Assembly (NCBI GenBank): GCA_963931615.1
Contig: OZ007032.1
Location: 458,612 to 522,611, forward strand
DNA length: 64,000 nucleotides
Direction: 5' to 3'
From: an uncultured Alistipes sp.
GTDB lineage: Bacteria > Bacteroidota > Bacteroidia > Bacteroidales > UBA932
Made by a program: the position numbers and the translations under genes. Numbering within the stretch: the first letter of the stretch is position 1; each line of letters begins with the position of its first letter. Of the stretch, positions 19,811 through 29,513 are shown one piece after another. The notes beneath the pieces were generated by a model that ran no database searches, had not been told where the DNA came from, and saw only the letters and a program-made list of their open reading frames with translations.

Positions 19811-19814
19811 GTTG

Positions 19815-20597
19815 TCAGTCTGTTATTTTGATGTTGAATAATTCCTTGGCTGCTGCTGTGGTTATGAGATCAACTGTTTCTACTGTTGTCCCCTTTATGT
19901 CAGCTATCTTAGCTGCGACGAGGCCCAGATATGAGGACTCGTTGCGTCTGCCTCTGTGCGGTACAGGGGCAAGCCATGGCGAGTCGGTTTCCAAAACGAT
20001 ACGTTCCAGCGGGATGTCGCGGACAGTGGCGGCTATGCCTGCGTTCTTATAGGTTACCACACCGCCGATGCCGACGCGGAAGTCTCCGCAGCTGCAGATT
20101 CTGCGGTATGTCTCAATGCTTCCGGAGAAAGCATGAAAGACCCCCCGCATCCGTATTCCTGTTTCAGCGAGGGTGTCCAGAACTTCAAAAACCGTGTCGT
20201 GTGCGTCACGTACGTGTATTATGACCGGCAGGTCTGCGTCCGAGGCCCAGATCATCTGTTTCCGGAAGGCTTCCACTTGTTCGTGGAAATATTCATCTGA
20301 CCAGTGCCTGTCAAGACCTATCTCCCCGACAGCGGCCCATCCTCCGTCTGCCAGGTGTTTCTCGACAAAATCCAGTTCCTGTTTCCAGTTCTCTCCTACA
20401 GATGTGGGATGCAGCCCGGTGGCAGTGCTTACTGTACCTCCGGCCTTTGTGGCCCGGGCCATCATGCGGTCATGTACGGAGGAGTCTATGCCCGGGAAGA
20501 TAAGATGTGTGACTCCTGACTGCAAGGCCCTTTCCAATGCTTGGGAAAAGTCTTCGTCGAAAGCCTCGTCGTATAGATGGGAGTGAGTGTCTATCAT
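19815..20597 (-). CDS. TatD-family metal-dependent hydrolase
   Basis: N-terminus MIDTHSHLYDEAF; 260 aa with the TIM-barrel His/Asp pattern. Confidence 0.9.
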   Translation of the reverse strand: MIDTHSHLYDEAFDEDFSQALERALQSGVTHLIFPGIDSSVHDRMMARATKAGGTVSTATGLHPTSVGENWKQELDFVEKHLADGGWAAVGEIGLDRHWSDEYFHEQVEAFRKQMIWASDADLPVIIHVRDAHDTVFEVLDTLAETGIRMRGVFHAFSGSIETYRRICSCGDFRVGIGGVVTYKNAGIAATVRDIPLERIVLETDSPWLAPVPHRGRRNESSYLGLVAAKIADIKGTTVETVDLITTAAAKELFNIKITD

Positions 20598-21712
20598 CGT
20601 ACCTTTAATATATAGCGGCCGTAAATGTCTGCCTCTATAATTCCCTCAATCTCCATTTCCGTAAGCCGGACCAGGGTTTCTGCCGGGTCGGCTCCGGTTT
20701 TCTGCAGCAAGGCATTCCGTTCTACGGCCGGTTCATCCGACAAAGCTAATAATATATTCCGTTGGATGTAGTCGCTCCGCTCGAAAAGTTGTTGAAAAAC
20801 TTTTCCGCTTCCGACTTTTTCCATATCGTTCCAGCCCATTGCGGCGGATATGCTTTCGGGAGAAGATATAATTGCCGCTCCGTTGGCTTCAATAAGGCGG
20901 TTGCATCCTTCAGAACAGGAATCTCCGATACGTCCTGGAATTGCGAATACGTCTCTGGAGTAGGACAGAGCGGTACGGGCGGTGATAAGACCTCCGCCTT
21001 TAATACCGGATTCTGCCAGCACTACGGCATCTGCCATGCCTGCGATTATCCGGTTCCGGCGCAAAAATGTGATGGCCATAGGAGTTGAGCCTTTGGGAAA
21101 ATCTGTTACGAGGGCGCCTTTTCCTGCAATCTGTATGGCGTATTTCCGGTGAGGCGTGGGATAGATGCTGTCCATTCCTGTAGGTAAGACAGCAATGGTG
21201 GGCAGGCCATATTCCATGGCGGCAAGGTGCGCCGTGATATCAATCCCGTATGCCAGACCGCTGATTACGGTCGGTCTGTCCGCGAGTGATGCCAGGTGCT
21301 CTATTATTCTGCGGCACTGAATTTTCCCGTATGACGTGGCCTTGCGGGTGCCGACAATAGCCACGGAGCGGGACGGGTTCAGCCCGCAGCATCCCATATA
21401 GAACAGAACTGTCGGAGCATCCGGGCATTCCTTGAGGCGGCGGGGGTACTCTTTGTCCCGGATGTAGATGATCCGGACACCTTTGTTGCGGGCCCATCGC
21501 ACTTCTTCTTCTGCAGTCCTCAGTATCCCGGGGTTGAGTATGGCGCTGCTGTAATATCCTTTGTCCTGCAGTGTGTCCCTGAGCTCAGCGGCACTCATTG
21601 CGAAAATTTCCCCAGGGGAAGGGAATCTGTCTGTGAGTTTCCGGGCATCCCGGCAGTTGTAGTTGAATATCCTGTTGATGGCGCAGGCGTAAACTGTTTC
21701 GTCGTATTCCAT
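20594..21712 (-). CDS. dprA: DNA-processing protein DprA
   Basis: Rossmann-like core VISGLAYGIDITAHLAAM...VLAESGIKGGGLITA. C-terminal winged-helix-like tail. Confidence 0.9.
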   Translation of the reverse strand: MEYDETVYACAINRIFNYNCRDARKLTDRFPSPGEIFAMSAAELRDTLQDKGYYSSAILNPGILRTAEEEVRWARNKGVRIIYIRDKEYPRRLKECPDAPTVLFYMGCCGLNPSRSVAIVGTRKATSYGKIQCRRIIEHLASLADRPTVISGLAYGIDITAHLAAMEYGLPTIAVLPTGMDSIYPTPHRKYAIQIAGKGALVTDFPKGSTPMAITFLRRNRIIAGMADAVVLAESGIKGGGLITARTALSYSRDVFAIPGRIGDSCSEGCNRLIEANGAAIISSPESISAAMGWNDMEKVGSGKVFQQLFERSDYIQRNILLALSDEPAVERNALLQKTGADPAETLVRLTEMEIEGIIEADIYGRYILKVR

Positions 21713-21752
21713 GGGACTAATGTAGTGGAATAAGGCGAGGGAGGGTGGAAAA

Positions 21753-21782
21753 TAAAAAAAACGGATAAAAAATATCCGTTTT
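21753..21782 (-). terminator. Rho-independent terminator after the sigma/anti-sigma pair
   Basis: A 7-bp stem, acggata (21761..21767) pairing with tatccgt (21773..21779), with a 5-nt loop. It is flanked by an A8 run on the plus strand, which reads as a T8 run after the stem on the minus strand. Confidence 0.65.
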
Positions 21783-21820
21783 CAATATCCTGTGAAAATT
21801 TTGAAGCAGTGAAAGACTGT

Positions 21821-22252
21821 TTAAAAACTGTCTGGATTTAAAAAATCATCTCCGTATTTCTCATGGTAATAGAGTGAGTCTTCGGAATCAAATGTATCTA
21901 TAGCAAATACTTCATTTTCTATACTGCGTGCATTCTGAATCTGATGCTGCTCTATTACGTTGTCTCTGTTGCGTACAGTCTCGAATGTGAATAATCCTAT
22001 GCCGCAGACAATGATGACTGCCGCTGCCGCCTTAGTCCAGGCAGACCGCAATATCCGGAATATAACCGGTGTCCTTTGAACTGTGCTGTCCTCATCCTCG
22101 AACATCCCTTTGCGCAGCCGCCGCATCGCCTCTAGCCGTGCCCTGCATTCCGGACATACTGACAGATGTTCCTGAACAGCGGTCTCGTCCTCGACGGACA
22201 GCCGGTTCAGGAAGTAATCAGAAATGGTCCTTATGTCTATATGTCTGTTCAT
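21821..22252 (-). CDS. Anti-sigma factor (zf-HC2 / ZAS type), single-pass membrane protein
   Basis: HLSVCPEC matches HxxxCxxC. One TM (AAAAVIIVCGIGLFTF) and a short (~55 aa) extracytoplasmic tail. Its start has a 4-nt ATGA overlap with the upstream sigma-like gene. Confidence 0.8.
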   Translation of the reverse strand: MNRHIDIRTISDYFLNRLSVEDETAVQEHLSVCPECRARLEAMRRLRKGMFEDEDSTVQRTPVIFRILRSAWTKAAAAVIIVCGIGLFTFETVRNRDNVIEQHQIQNARSIENEVFAIDTFDSEDSLYYHEKYGDDFLNPDSF

Positions 22253-23415
22253 CTGTATTTCTCAAGCATTTTCTTGTATCTCTCGTAGAGGCTTGTCTTG
22301 AGCCTCTTGATCTCCTGGCGGACTCTCGCGCACTCTTTTGCAAGTTCTTTTCCTTTCATGTCCCCGAAGTGCCTGGCAACAAGCTCTTCGTATGAGAGCC
22401 CGTCTATATAGTGTTCGAACATTCTCTGTACCTTGTCCTCGTATCCCTTTATCAACTCATCATGAAGCGGGTGCTCCTTATTATATAATATCACTATGAA
22501 GTACCCTTGAACAGAGTCTTTGTCCGAAAAGTCGATATAAGTGGCAAGGCTGCCTGCGTGTGACGGGAAATTTTCAGGTTTTGTGACGGGATTGTTGAAA
22601 TATTTTTCCTCTTCTTCTGCAGTGAGCTTATACTGAATGAGATCTATGTCCGTAGGCGCCTTTGCCCGATTGCGGGAAATTTCCTTATTCTTGTTCTTAA
22701 GGACGCCGACGGAGTAGGAGATGACGGCCTTGGCGTCTACAGGCTCCTTGAGGCGGTGCTCGACTACAGCCCTGTTGACTGAGATGCAGGTGTCGCTCCA
22801 GATATCGTGGATATTGTTGTCTCCCGCTATGCCTGACATCTGATAGCAGAAGGCGGCCGTGATGGGCTTCAGTTTCAGATAGAATTTCTCCCAGTAGAAA
22901 GACTTGTTGTCTTTCATTCCATTGATTATGCGGTCTTCCTGAACCGGAAAGTGCTCTTGGGCCATGGAACGGCAATATCCGTCCAGTTCCCTGGTGTTGC
23001 CGAATGCCGGCATCCGGGAGAAATTGACCGCATACAGTTCCTGAAACAGGTCCGGCTCCAGAGCATAGGAGAGTGTGTCTGCATCGGGCGCCAGATAACG
23101 GTCAGTCTCAGTACGTTCTGATTCTTCGAAAATTCTGCGCAGCTGAATACGCAGTTGAGATGCGATTACTGTCTCGAATTCCGGATTATGAATGTTTGCC
23201 CTGCAGAATGCGCTGAATCCTTTGCTGCGGTAGAATTCTCTAAGGCATCTGCTTTTCCATTCGTAGAAGGACTCGTCTTCCTGCGGAGGAAACTGCTTTG
23301 CAAGTACGGCGGCCTCTTCCCGAACACCCCGGAACAATCCGAGGCGCTCGAGGCGGTACCGCTCATTCTCTTTGGTGAGCAGCTCCAGAATGTCTTTTTC
23401 TATGCTGCGGGCCAT
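22249..23415 (-). CDS. ECF-like sigma-70 family protein with a ~170-aa N-terminal extension and a long sigma2-sigma4 linker
   Basis: Sigma2-like segment FYWEKFYLKLKPITAAFCYQMSGIAGDNNIHDIWSDTCISV...ISYSVGVLKNKNKEISRNRAK. Sigma4-like C-terminus VQRMFEHYIDGLSYEELVARHFG...VRQEIKRLKTSL. A ZAS anti-sigma gene lies immediately downstream. Confidence 0.7.
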   Translation of the reverse strand: MARSIEKDILELLTKENERYRLERLGLFRGVREEAAVLAKQFPPQEDESFYEWKSRCLREFYRSKGFSAFCRANIHNPEFETVIASQLRIQLRRIFEESERTETDRYLAPDADTLSYALEPDLFQELYAVNFSRMPAFGNTRELDGYCRSMAQEHFPVQEDRIINGMKDNKSFYWEKFYLKLKPITAAFCYQMSGIAGDNNIHDIWSDTCISVNRAVVEHRLKEPVDAKAVISYSVGVLKNKNKEISRNRAKAPTDIDLIQYKLTAEEEEKYFNNPVTKPENFPSHAGSLATYIDFSDKDSVQGYFIVILYNKEHPLHDELIKGYEDKVQRMFEHYIDGLSYEELVARHFGDMKGKELAKECARVRQEIKRLKTSLYERYKKMLEKYR

Positions 23416-23427
23416 CCGGCTGCCGGA

Positions 23428-24471
23428 CTATTTGATGCCTCTGACTTTTTTCTCCCATTTCCATGCTGAGCGGAGAACATCGTCGATGGGAGTGTCGGCC
23501 TTCCATCCGAGAACCTTGTTGGCTTTCTCGGGGTTGGCCCATACCTTGATGATGTCTCCGGCGCGGCGGGGTGCGAAACTGTAGGGAAGATTGACGCCTG
23601 TCGCCGATATGAAGTGGTTGACGAGCTCCAGAACGGAGAGTCCGTTTCCTGTGCCGAGGTTGAATATCTCGTAGCGGTCTGAGTCAGATACTTCCAGCAT
23701 TCTGTCCACTGCTGCGACATGGGCTTTCGCAAGGTCTACTACATAGATGTAGTCGCGGATGCAGGTGCCGTCAGGAGTAGGATAGTCGTTGCCGAAGATT
23801 TTGAGTTCTTTCCGTATGCCGGCTGCGGTCTGGGTGATGTAGGGCACCAGGTTCTGGGGTACGCCTATAGGCATTTCGCCGATGTTGGCTGACGGATGAG
23901 CTCCGATGGGGTTGAAATATCTTAGAGCGATTACCTTCAGTGAATGATAGGCAGTTACGCAGTCGCGGAGAATCTCCTCGCACATCTGCTTGGTGCGGCC
24001 GTAGGGTGATGTGGCGGGCTTGACGGGTGCGCTTTCGCTGATGGGAAGGTTTTCCGGGTCAGGCTCACCGTATACGGTACAGGATGATGAGAACACGATT
24101 CCGCGCTGACGGCCGTCACATGTGGACAGTTCGATGAGGTAGAGAAGTGAACGGAGATTGTTTTCAAAATATTTGAGGGGTTGCTCTACGCTTTCGCCTA
24201 CGGCCTTATGGGCAGCGAAGTGGATGGCGGCCTTGATGTCCGGATATTTCTCGAAGACCTGTGCGAACTGGGCCTTGTCGCTGCAGTCCAGCTCCATGAA
24301 CGGGAGCGGCTTTCCTGTAATCTGCTCTATGCCCTTGAGCATGTCGGGAGATGAGTTGGAAAAATTGTCCACGCCTACTACCTCGTAGCCTGCGTTTACC
24401 AGTTCGACGACTGTGTGCGAGCCGATGTATCCTGCGGCTCCTGTGACGAGTACCCTGCCTTTGTTGTTCAT
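23428..24471 (-). CDS. galE: UDP-glucose 4-epimerase
   Basis: VLVTGAAGYIGSH Rossmann motif, SSSCTVYG, and the YxxxK-region pattern. The ATG at 24471 (MNNKGRVLVTG) is preferred over the track start at 24528. Confidence 0.9.
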   Translation of the reverse strand: MNNKGRVLVTGAAGYIGSHTVVELVNAGYEVVGVDNFSNSSPDMLKGIEQITGKPLPFMELDCSDKAQFAQVFEKYPDIKAAIHFAAHKAVGESVEQPLKYFENNLRSLLYLIELSTCDGRQRGIVFSSSCTVYGEPDPENLPISESAPVKPATSPYGRTKQMCEEILRDCVTAYHSLKVIALRYFNPIGAHPSANIGEMPIGVPQNLVPYITQTAAGIRKELKIFGNDYPTPDGTCIRDYIYVVDLAKAHVAAVDRMLEVSDSDRYEIFNLGTGNGLSVLELVNHFISATGVNLPYSFAPRRAGDIIKVWANPEKANKVLGWKADTPIDDVLRSAWKWEKKVRGIK

Positions 24472-24482
24472 TTTCTTAAAAT

Positions 24483-24517
24483 TTTGTCTGCAAATATACT
24501 CAAATTTTCTAATTTTG
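24483..24517 (+). promoter_or_regulatory. Putative Bacteroidota sigma-A promoter for rpiB-truB
   Basis: TTTG at 24483..24486 and TAATTTTG at 24510..24517, which matches TAnnTTTG. The two elements are 23 nt apart, and the -7 box lies 24 nt upstream of the rpiB ATG. Confidence 0.4.
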
Positions 24518-24541
24518 CGGCCACTCAATACAAATGTTATT

Positions 24542-24973
24542 ATGCTGTTAGGAATTGCATCAGATCATGCCGGCTTCGAAATGAAGGAAGCCTTGAAAAA
24601 GTACCTGGCCTCACAGGGTTATGACGTGAAGGATTTCGGAACCCACTCTTCGGAGAGTATGGACTATCCAGACGTGGCCCATCCTTTGGCAGAAAGTGTC
24701 GAGAAAGGTGAGGTGGATCTGGGTATAGCTCTTTGTGGTTCGGGCAATGGAATAAGCATGACCCTGAACAAGCATCAGGGAGTGCGTGCCGCTCTCTGCT
24801 GGAATGAGGAACTGGCCGCTCTGGCCCGTCAGCACAATGATGCCAATGTACTTTCCCTTCCTGCCCGTTTTATTCCTGTAGAACTGGCCGAGAGGATTGT
24901 CCGGAAATTCCTGGACAGTTCCTTCGAAGGAGGACGTCATCAGAGGAGAGTTGAGAAAATTCCCTGCAGGTAA
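24542..24973 (+). CDS. rpiB: Ribose-5-phosphate isomerase B
   Basis: MLLGIASDHAGFEMKE...GIALCGSGNGISMTLNK, the RpiB/LacAB signature. The ATG at 24542 is preferred over the track start at 24413. Confidence 0.9.
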   Translation: MLLGIASDHAGFEMKEALKKYLASQGYDVKDFGTHSSESMDYPDVAHPLAESVEKGEVDLGIALCGSGNGISMTLNKHQGVRAALCWNEELAALARQHNDANVLSLPARFIPVELAERIVRKFLDSSFEGGRHQRRVEKIPCR

Positions 24974-24975
24974 GG

Positions 24976-25701
24976 ATGTACGCGGTCATAGACAGGAATA
25001 CTCCTGCCGGAACTTCCCTGGCTCCGGACTTATATCCGGAAGGGTTCGTAATGGTCATGGACAAGCCGTACCGGTGGACTTCGGCCGATGCCGTGCGCAA
25101 GATCAAGTTCTCGCTCAGAAAGATGTACCATCTGCACAATGTCAAGGTCGGACATGCCGGAACACTGGATCCTCTTGCGACCGGGGTCCTGCTGGTCTGT
25201 GTGGGAAAGGCGACGAAAGTCTCCGAGGCTCTGCAGTCCGAGCGCAAGGAGTATATCGCGGAAGTGACTTTCGGGGCCACGACACCGTCTTTTGACATGG
25301 AGCATGAAGTGGATGCAAGGTACCCGTGGGAGCATATAACGGAGGAGGCCATATCCGATGCTCTCAAGTCGATGGAAGGGGAGCAGATGCAGCTTCCGCC
25401 CATATACTCGGCCAAGTATGTGGACGGCATCAGGGCCTATGAGATGGCCCGTCAGGGAGAGGCTGTGGAGCTCAAGGCAGCCAGAATCAATATCTATTCA
25501 GCGCGGCTTATCGAATACAGTGCCCCGGTGCTCAAGGTTGCGGTGCAATGCAGCAAGGGTACTTATATCCGTGCTTTCGCGCGGGACCTCGGTATGGCTT
25601 TGGGCAGCGGAGCCCATCTGTCCGGACTGGTGAGAACGGCTTCGGGAGGATTCTCGATATCGAACGCTCTGACAATGGATGATTTTCTGCAAAGATTTTG
25701 A
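24976..25701 (+). CDS. truB: tRNA pseudouridine(55) synthase
   Basis: The motif GHAGTLDPLATGVLLVCVG contains the catalytic Asp; 241 aa. Confidence 0.9.
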   Translation: MYAVIDRNTPAGTSLAPDLYPEGFVMVMDKPYRWTSADAVRKIKFSLRKMYHLHNVKVGHAGTLDPLATGVLLVCVGKATKVSEALQSERKEYIAEVTFGATTPSFDMEHEVDARYPWEHITEEAISDALKSMEGEQMQLPPIYSAKYVDGIRAYEMARQGEAVELKAARINIYSARLIEYSAPVLKVAVQCSKGTYIRAFARDLGMALGSGAHLSGLVRTASGGFSISNALTMDDFLQRF

Positions 25702-25735
25702 AACTTTTTCCGGCGCGAGCCGTAAATAATATAGT

Positions 25736-26854
25736 ATGAAACTTTCGCAATTTAGCTTTGACCTGGATTACAGGAAAAACATCGCACCCTATCCTTCGGA
25801 GTACCGGGATGAGTGCAGGATGCTGGTTCTCCACCGTTCTACCGGTGATATAGAACATAAGATATTCAAGGATATAATCAATTACTGTGATGAAGGAGAC
25901 GTGTTCGTTTTCAACGACACGAAGGTCTTCCCTGCCCGTTTGAAAGGCAACAAGGAGAAGACCGGGGCCGAGATTGTGGTTTTTCTGCTGCGGGAACTCA
26001 ACAAGGACCAGCGGCTCTGGGATGTACTGGTGGATCCGGCGCGGAAGATACGTATAGGCAATAAACTGTATTTCGGGGAAAATGATTCTCTTGTGGCGGA
26101 AGTTATAGACAATACAACTTCCAGAGGGCGTACCCTGCGTTTTCTCTTTGACGGAACATACGAGGAGTTCAAGTCCACCCTGTATTCTATGGGTGAGATA
26201 CCTGTTCCGGAATATGTTTATATAGCAAGACAGGCGCAGAGGGAGAGAGACGGACTTCCTCAGGTAAAGCGGACAGGACCTTTCATTTTTTCAGAGCCTT
26301 TTGATGTAGAACGTTTTCAGACAATCTATGCTTCACAGGAAGGGGCTGTGGCTTCTCCTGCCGCGGGCCTGCATTTCAGCCGGGAGGTGTTCAAGCGTAT
26401 GGAAATAAAAGGAGTGGATCCTCTTTTTATTACTTTGCATATGGGTCTGGGGCATTTCCGCAATGTGGATGTGGAAGATCTTTCCAAACACAAGATAGAT
26501 TCGGAGCGGATGATTATCTCGGAAGAGACGGCAGATGCTGTCAACAGGGCCAAGGCCGGAGGACATAAGGTCTTCGCAGTGGGAGCCACTGTCGTCAGGG
26601 CTATCGAGACACCGGTTACGACAACATGCCAGCTCAAGCCTTTTGACGGCTGGACCAACAGGTTTATATTTCCTCCGTACAAGTTCTCGATTCCGGATGC
26701 GGTTATAACCAATTTCCATCTGCCTAACTCCACCATGCTGATGTCGGCATGCTCTTTCGGAGGCTACGACAATGTCATGCGTGCCTACCGGACAGCCCTC
26801 AAGGAGGGCTATCAGTTCGGCATGTACGGTGACGCGATGCTGATGATCGACTAA
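25736..26854 (+). CDS. queA: S-adenosylmethionine:tRNA ribosyltransferase-isomerase
   Basis: N-terminus [10 protein letters not shown]; internal AAGLHF and [10 protein letters not shown] motifs; 372 aa. Confidence 0.9.
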   Translation: MKLSQFSFDLDYRKNIAPYPSEYRDECRMLVLHRSTGDIEHKIFKDIINYCDEGDVFVFNDTKVFPARLKGNKEKTGAEIVVFLLRELNKDQRLWDVLVDPARKIRIGNKLYFGENDSLVAEVIDNTTSRGRTLRFLFDGTYEEFKSTLYSMGEIPVPEYVYIARQAQRERDGLPQVKRTGPFIFSEPFDVERFQTIYASQEGAVASPAAGLHFSREVFKRMEIKGVDPLFITLHMGLGHFRNVDVEDLSKHKIDSERMIISEETADAVNRAKAGGHKVFAVGATVVRAIETPVTTTCQLKPFDGWTNRFIFPPYKFSIPDAVITNFHLPNSTMLMSACSFGGYDNVMRAYRTALKEGYQFGMYGDAMLMID

Positions 26855-26857
26855 AGG

Positions 26858-28087
26858 TCAGATTTTCCCGGCTTTTTTGAGTCTCTCGCGGCGGGCCAGG
26901 GCTGTCTCGTTCTCCAGGTCGGAGATGTTGCAGTCGGGTCCGTAGGTGAAGATGTTCTCCGTGTCCAGTTCCCGGATACTGCCTTCCTGAAAATCCCCGG
27001 TGATGCCTGTGGAGAGGGTGATGGAGCCTCTTCCATCGGCCGTGCCGTCGGTAAGCTCCACCGTATCAGAGTTGCTGTAACTGCGGGTGCGGGCCGGAGG
27101 GGTGTTGTTGACCTTGAACCCCGTGGCCAGGATGGTGACGGCTATCTCTCCTTCTTCCAGGCGGTTATCAGTGGTGAGCCCGCGTTTCTGCTTGCTCACG
27201 CCGCCGCCTGTGCTCTCGCGGATGAGATCCAGTATCATGGTGTCCTCCGAAGCCAGCAGGGAGGACTTGCTGTTGTACATGATGTTGACCAGTACGTTCT
27301 TGGCAGTATTGAGGTCGAAGTCCTTGAGCAGGGGAGACGTCAGCGCCTTCTCCACAGCTTCCCTGGCCCTGTCCTCGCCGGAGGCGCGCCCCGTGCCCAC
27401 CAGCGCCATACCGCTGTCGCGCATTACCACCTTTACGTCTTCCAGGTCTACGTTGACGAAGCCGGTGCTGGTGATTATCTCCGATATGCCGCGGACGGCG
27501 GTGTCGAGGATGTCGTCGGCTTTCTTATAGGCGTCCTGGATGCTTAGGTCTCCGTAAAAGTCGTACATCTTCTGGTTGTCGACGATGATGATTGAGTCGG
27601 TGTACTTGCTCATCTCCTCTATTCCGTGGTAGGCCCTCTGGAGGCATTCCAGACCCTCGTTGTTGGTGGGGTAGGTCACTACAGCTATGGTCAGCAGGCC
27701 GGCTTCCTTGGCGGCCTTGGCTATGACGGGAGCGGCTCCGGTACCTGTGCCTCCGCCCATTCCGGCGGTGATGAAGACTACGTCGATATTGCCGCCTATG
27801 TATTTTTTGATATGCTCAATGGATTCGAGAGCGGCGTTACGTCCTTTCTCCGGATTCATGCCTGCTCCGAATCCCTTGGTGAGAGCCGAGCCGAGCTGAA
27901 TCTTGTCCGGCACGGGAGATGCCATCAGAGCCTGGCGGTCGGTATTGCAGATGAGGTACTCCACGTCCTTTATGCCCTCGTTGTAAAGGCGGGTGACGGC
28001 GTTGCAGCCTCCGCCTCCCACTCCGATTATCTTGATGGTCGACATATTGTCGAGTATGCCTTCGGGTATGAAATCTGTAACTGTCAT
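26858..28087 (-). CDS. ftsZ: Cell division GTPase FtsZ
   Basis: KIIGVGGGGCNAV and the tubulin signature GMGGGTGTGAAPV. Confidence 0.97.
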   Translation of the reverse strand: MTVTDFIPEGILDNMSTIKIIGVGGGGCNAVTRLYNEGIKDVEYLICNTDRQALMASPVPDKIQLGSALTKGFGAGMNPEKGRNAALESIEHIKKYIGGNIDVVFITAGMGGGTGTGAAPVIAKAAKEAGLLTIAVVTYPTNNEGLECLQRAYHGIEEMSKYTDSIIIVDNQKMYDFYGDLSIQDAYKKADDILDTAVRGISEIITSTGFVNVDLEDVKVVMRDSGMALVGTGRASGEDRAREAVEKALTSPLLKDFDLNTAKNVLVNIMYNSKSSLLASEDTMILDLIRESTGGGVSKQKRGLTTDNRLEEGEIAVTILATGFKVNNTPPARTRSYSNSDTVELTDGTADGRGSITLSTGITGDFQEGSIRELDTENIFTYGPDCNISDLENETALARRERLKKAGKI

Positions 28088-28106
28088 GATTCTTCAACTT
28101 TAAATG

Positions 28107-29513
28107 TTATGCCTCGTTCTCCGTAGAGTCGAATATTCCCTTAATCCGTTCGGACCAGGGCTTCTTGGGCTGTCTGGGCGGTCTTTGGGGCCTTTGTGCG
28201 GTGCTGCCCGACTGTCCGCGGGCCGTGTCCGCTCCGGCTCCAGCCGTTTCCTCCGGGGGAAGTGTCCCGAACAGGGTGGCGTTCTCGTCCGGCTGCGGCT
28301 GGGCAGTGCTCTGACGGGCGGATTCCGGCAAGGTCTCCTCGTATTCGAATCCCTTGATGATCAGGCCGACAGCCACCGAAGCCTCGGGACGGAACACCTC
28401 CTCCACCGAGTTGCCTATGACAGTGTTGCTGTCAGGCAGTCCTATACGCACGTCCATTCCCAGAATACTGCGGGCCAGAATCTGGATGTGGTTGAGTCCT
28501 GCCGTACCTCCGGTGATGACTGCTCCGCTGCGGATGCGGTCCTTGAATCCGGACTCCTCCACGATGCTGCGGACGGTGGCCAGTATCTCGCAGGTGCGGG
28601 CCTCGATGGCCTGGAACAGGAGCTTGAAGGGTACGTCCTTGATGGGGATGCCGTTCTTGTCGCGGATGGAGATTATCTTGTTCTCAGGGGCATATTCGCT
28701 GATGCAGGAACCGTGCTGGATCTTCATGAGTTCGGCGTTGCGCAGGGATACTCCGCAGACCTGGCTGATGTCCTCGCTGATGGAGTTGCCTGCGAAGGGG
28801 ATGACGGCTGCATGGCGGATGATATTGCCCTGGTATATCAGTACGTCGGTGGTTCCGGCGCCTATGTCCACCAGTACAGTGCCGAGTTCCTTCTCGTCGT
28901 CGGTAAGCAGGGCTGAGGCCGCCGCGATGGGAGACAGGACCATCTTCCTGGTGGACAGACCGCTCATGGATATTGTCTGTCCGCATTTCTTGACTGTGCC
29001 GGCTCCGCCTATGAAGAGCCGGTACTCGCCGCTGATCTCCTTGCCTGTCATGCCTACGGGGTCCCCGGCGTCGATGAACTCGTCCACGTTGTAGTACTGC
29101 GGCACTACGAACAGGATGTGCTCCGATGGCTCGACCTTGCTCAGGTACATCTCGTCCAGCATGGAGGCTACTTCCTCCGTGCTGATCATAGAGTCCTCGT
29201 TCTGCCGGTTGCGGCTCATGCTTGCCGAGCAGCATCTGAGTTTCTGTCCGGATATGTTGACATACACGTCGCGGACGCTGTAGTGCTCGGTGTCGGGCAG
29301 GGAGTGCACCTGCTCCAGGACTTTCTGCATGGCCGGCTTGATGACGGAGATGACGTTCATTGGGTTCATGATTTCGCTCCGACGTACTCCGTTGACGGGT
29401 ATGGGGGCCTCGCTGTAGCCGATGATCTTGATGCCGGTGGAGGTCTTCTCGCCGACGATTACGGCGAGCTTTGAGGTGCCTATGTCGATGGCTGTAATAT
29501 ATCTGCTGCTCAT
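28107..29513 (-). CDS. ftsA: Cell division protein FtsA
   Basis: Actin-fold motifs AIDIGTSK and DIGAGTTD. Long P/Q/R-rich C-terminal tail that ends in an amphipathic segment. Confidence 0.95.
   Translation of the reverse strand: MSSRYITAIDIGTSKLAVIVGEKTSTGIKIIGYSEAPIPVNGVRRSEIMNPMNVISVIKPAMQKVLEQVHSLPDTEHYSVRDVYVNISGQKLRCCSASMSRNRQNEDSMISTEEVASMLDEMYLSKVEPSEHILFVVPQYYNVDEFIDAGDPVGMTGKEISGEYRLFIGGAGTVKKCGQTISMSGLSTRKMVLSPIAAASALLTDDEKELGTVLVDIGAGTTDVLIYQGNIIRHAAVIPFAGNSISEDISQVCGVSLRNAELMKIQHGSCISEYAPENKIISIRDKNGIPIKDVPFKLLFQAIEARTCEILATVRSIVEESGFKDRIRSGAVITGGTAGLNHIQILARSILGMDVRIGLPDSNTVIGNSVEEVFRPEASVAVGLIIKGFEYEETLPESARQSTAQPQPDENATLFGTLPPEETAGAGADTARGQSGSTAQRPQRPPRQPKKPWSERIKGIFDSTENEA

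Noticed and set aside
26855-26857. Missing terminators at the tightly convergent gene ends queA/ftsZ (3-nt gap) and ispH/lptB (48478..48489).
   Set aside because: Worth noting, but tight convergent packing is common in this genome. Nothing in the sequence beyond the short gap suggests a special mechanism.
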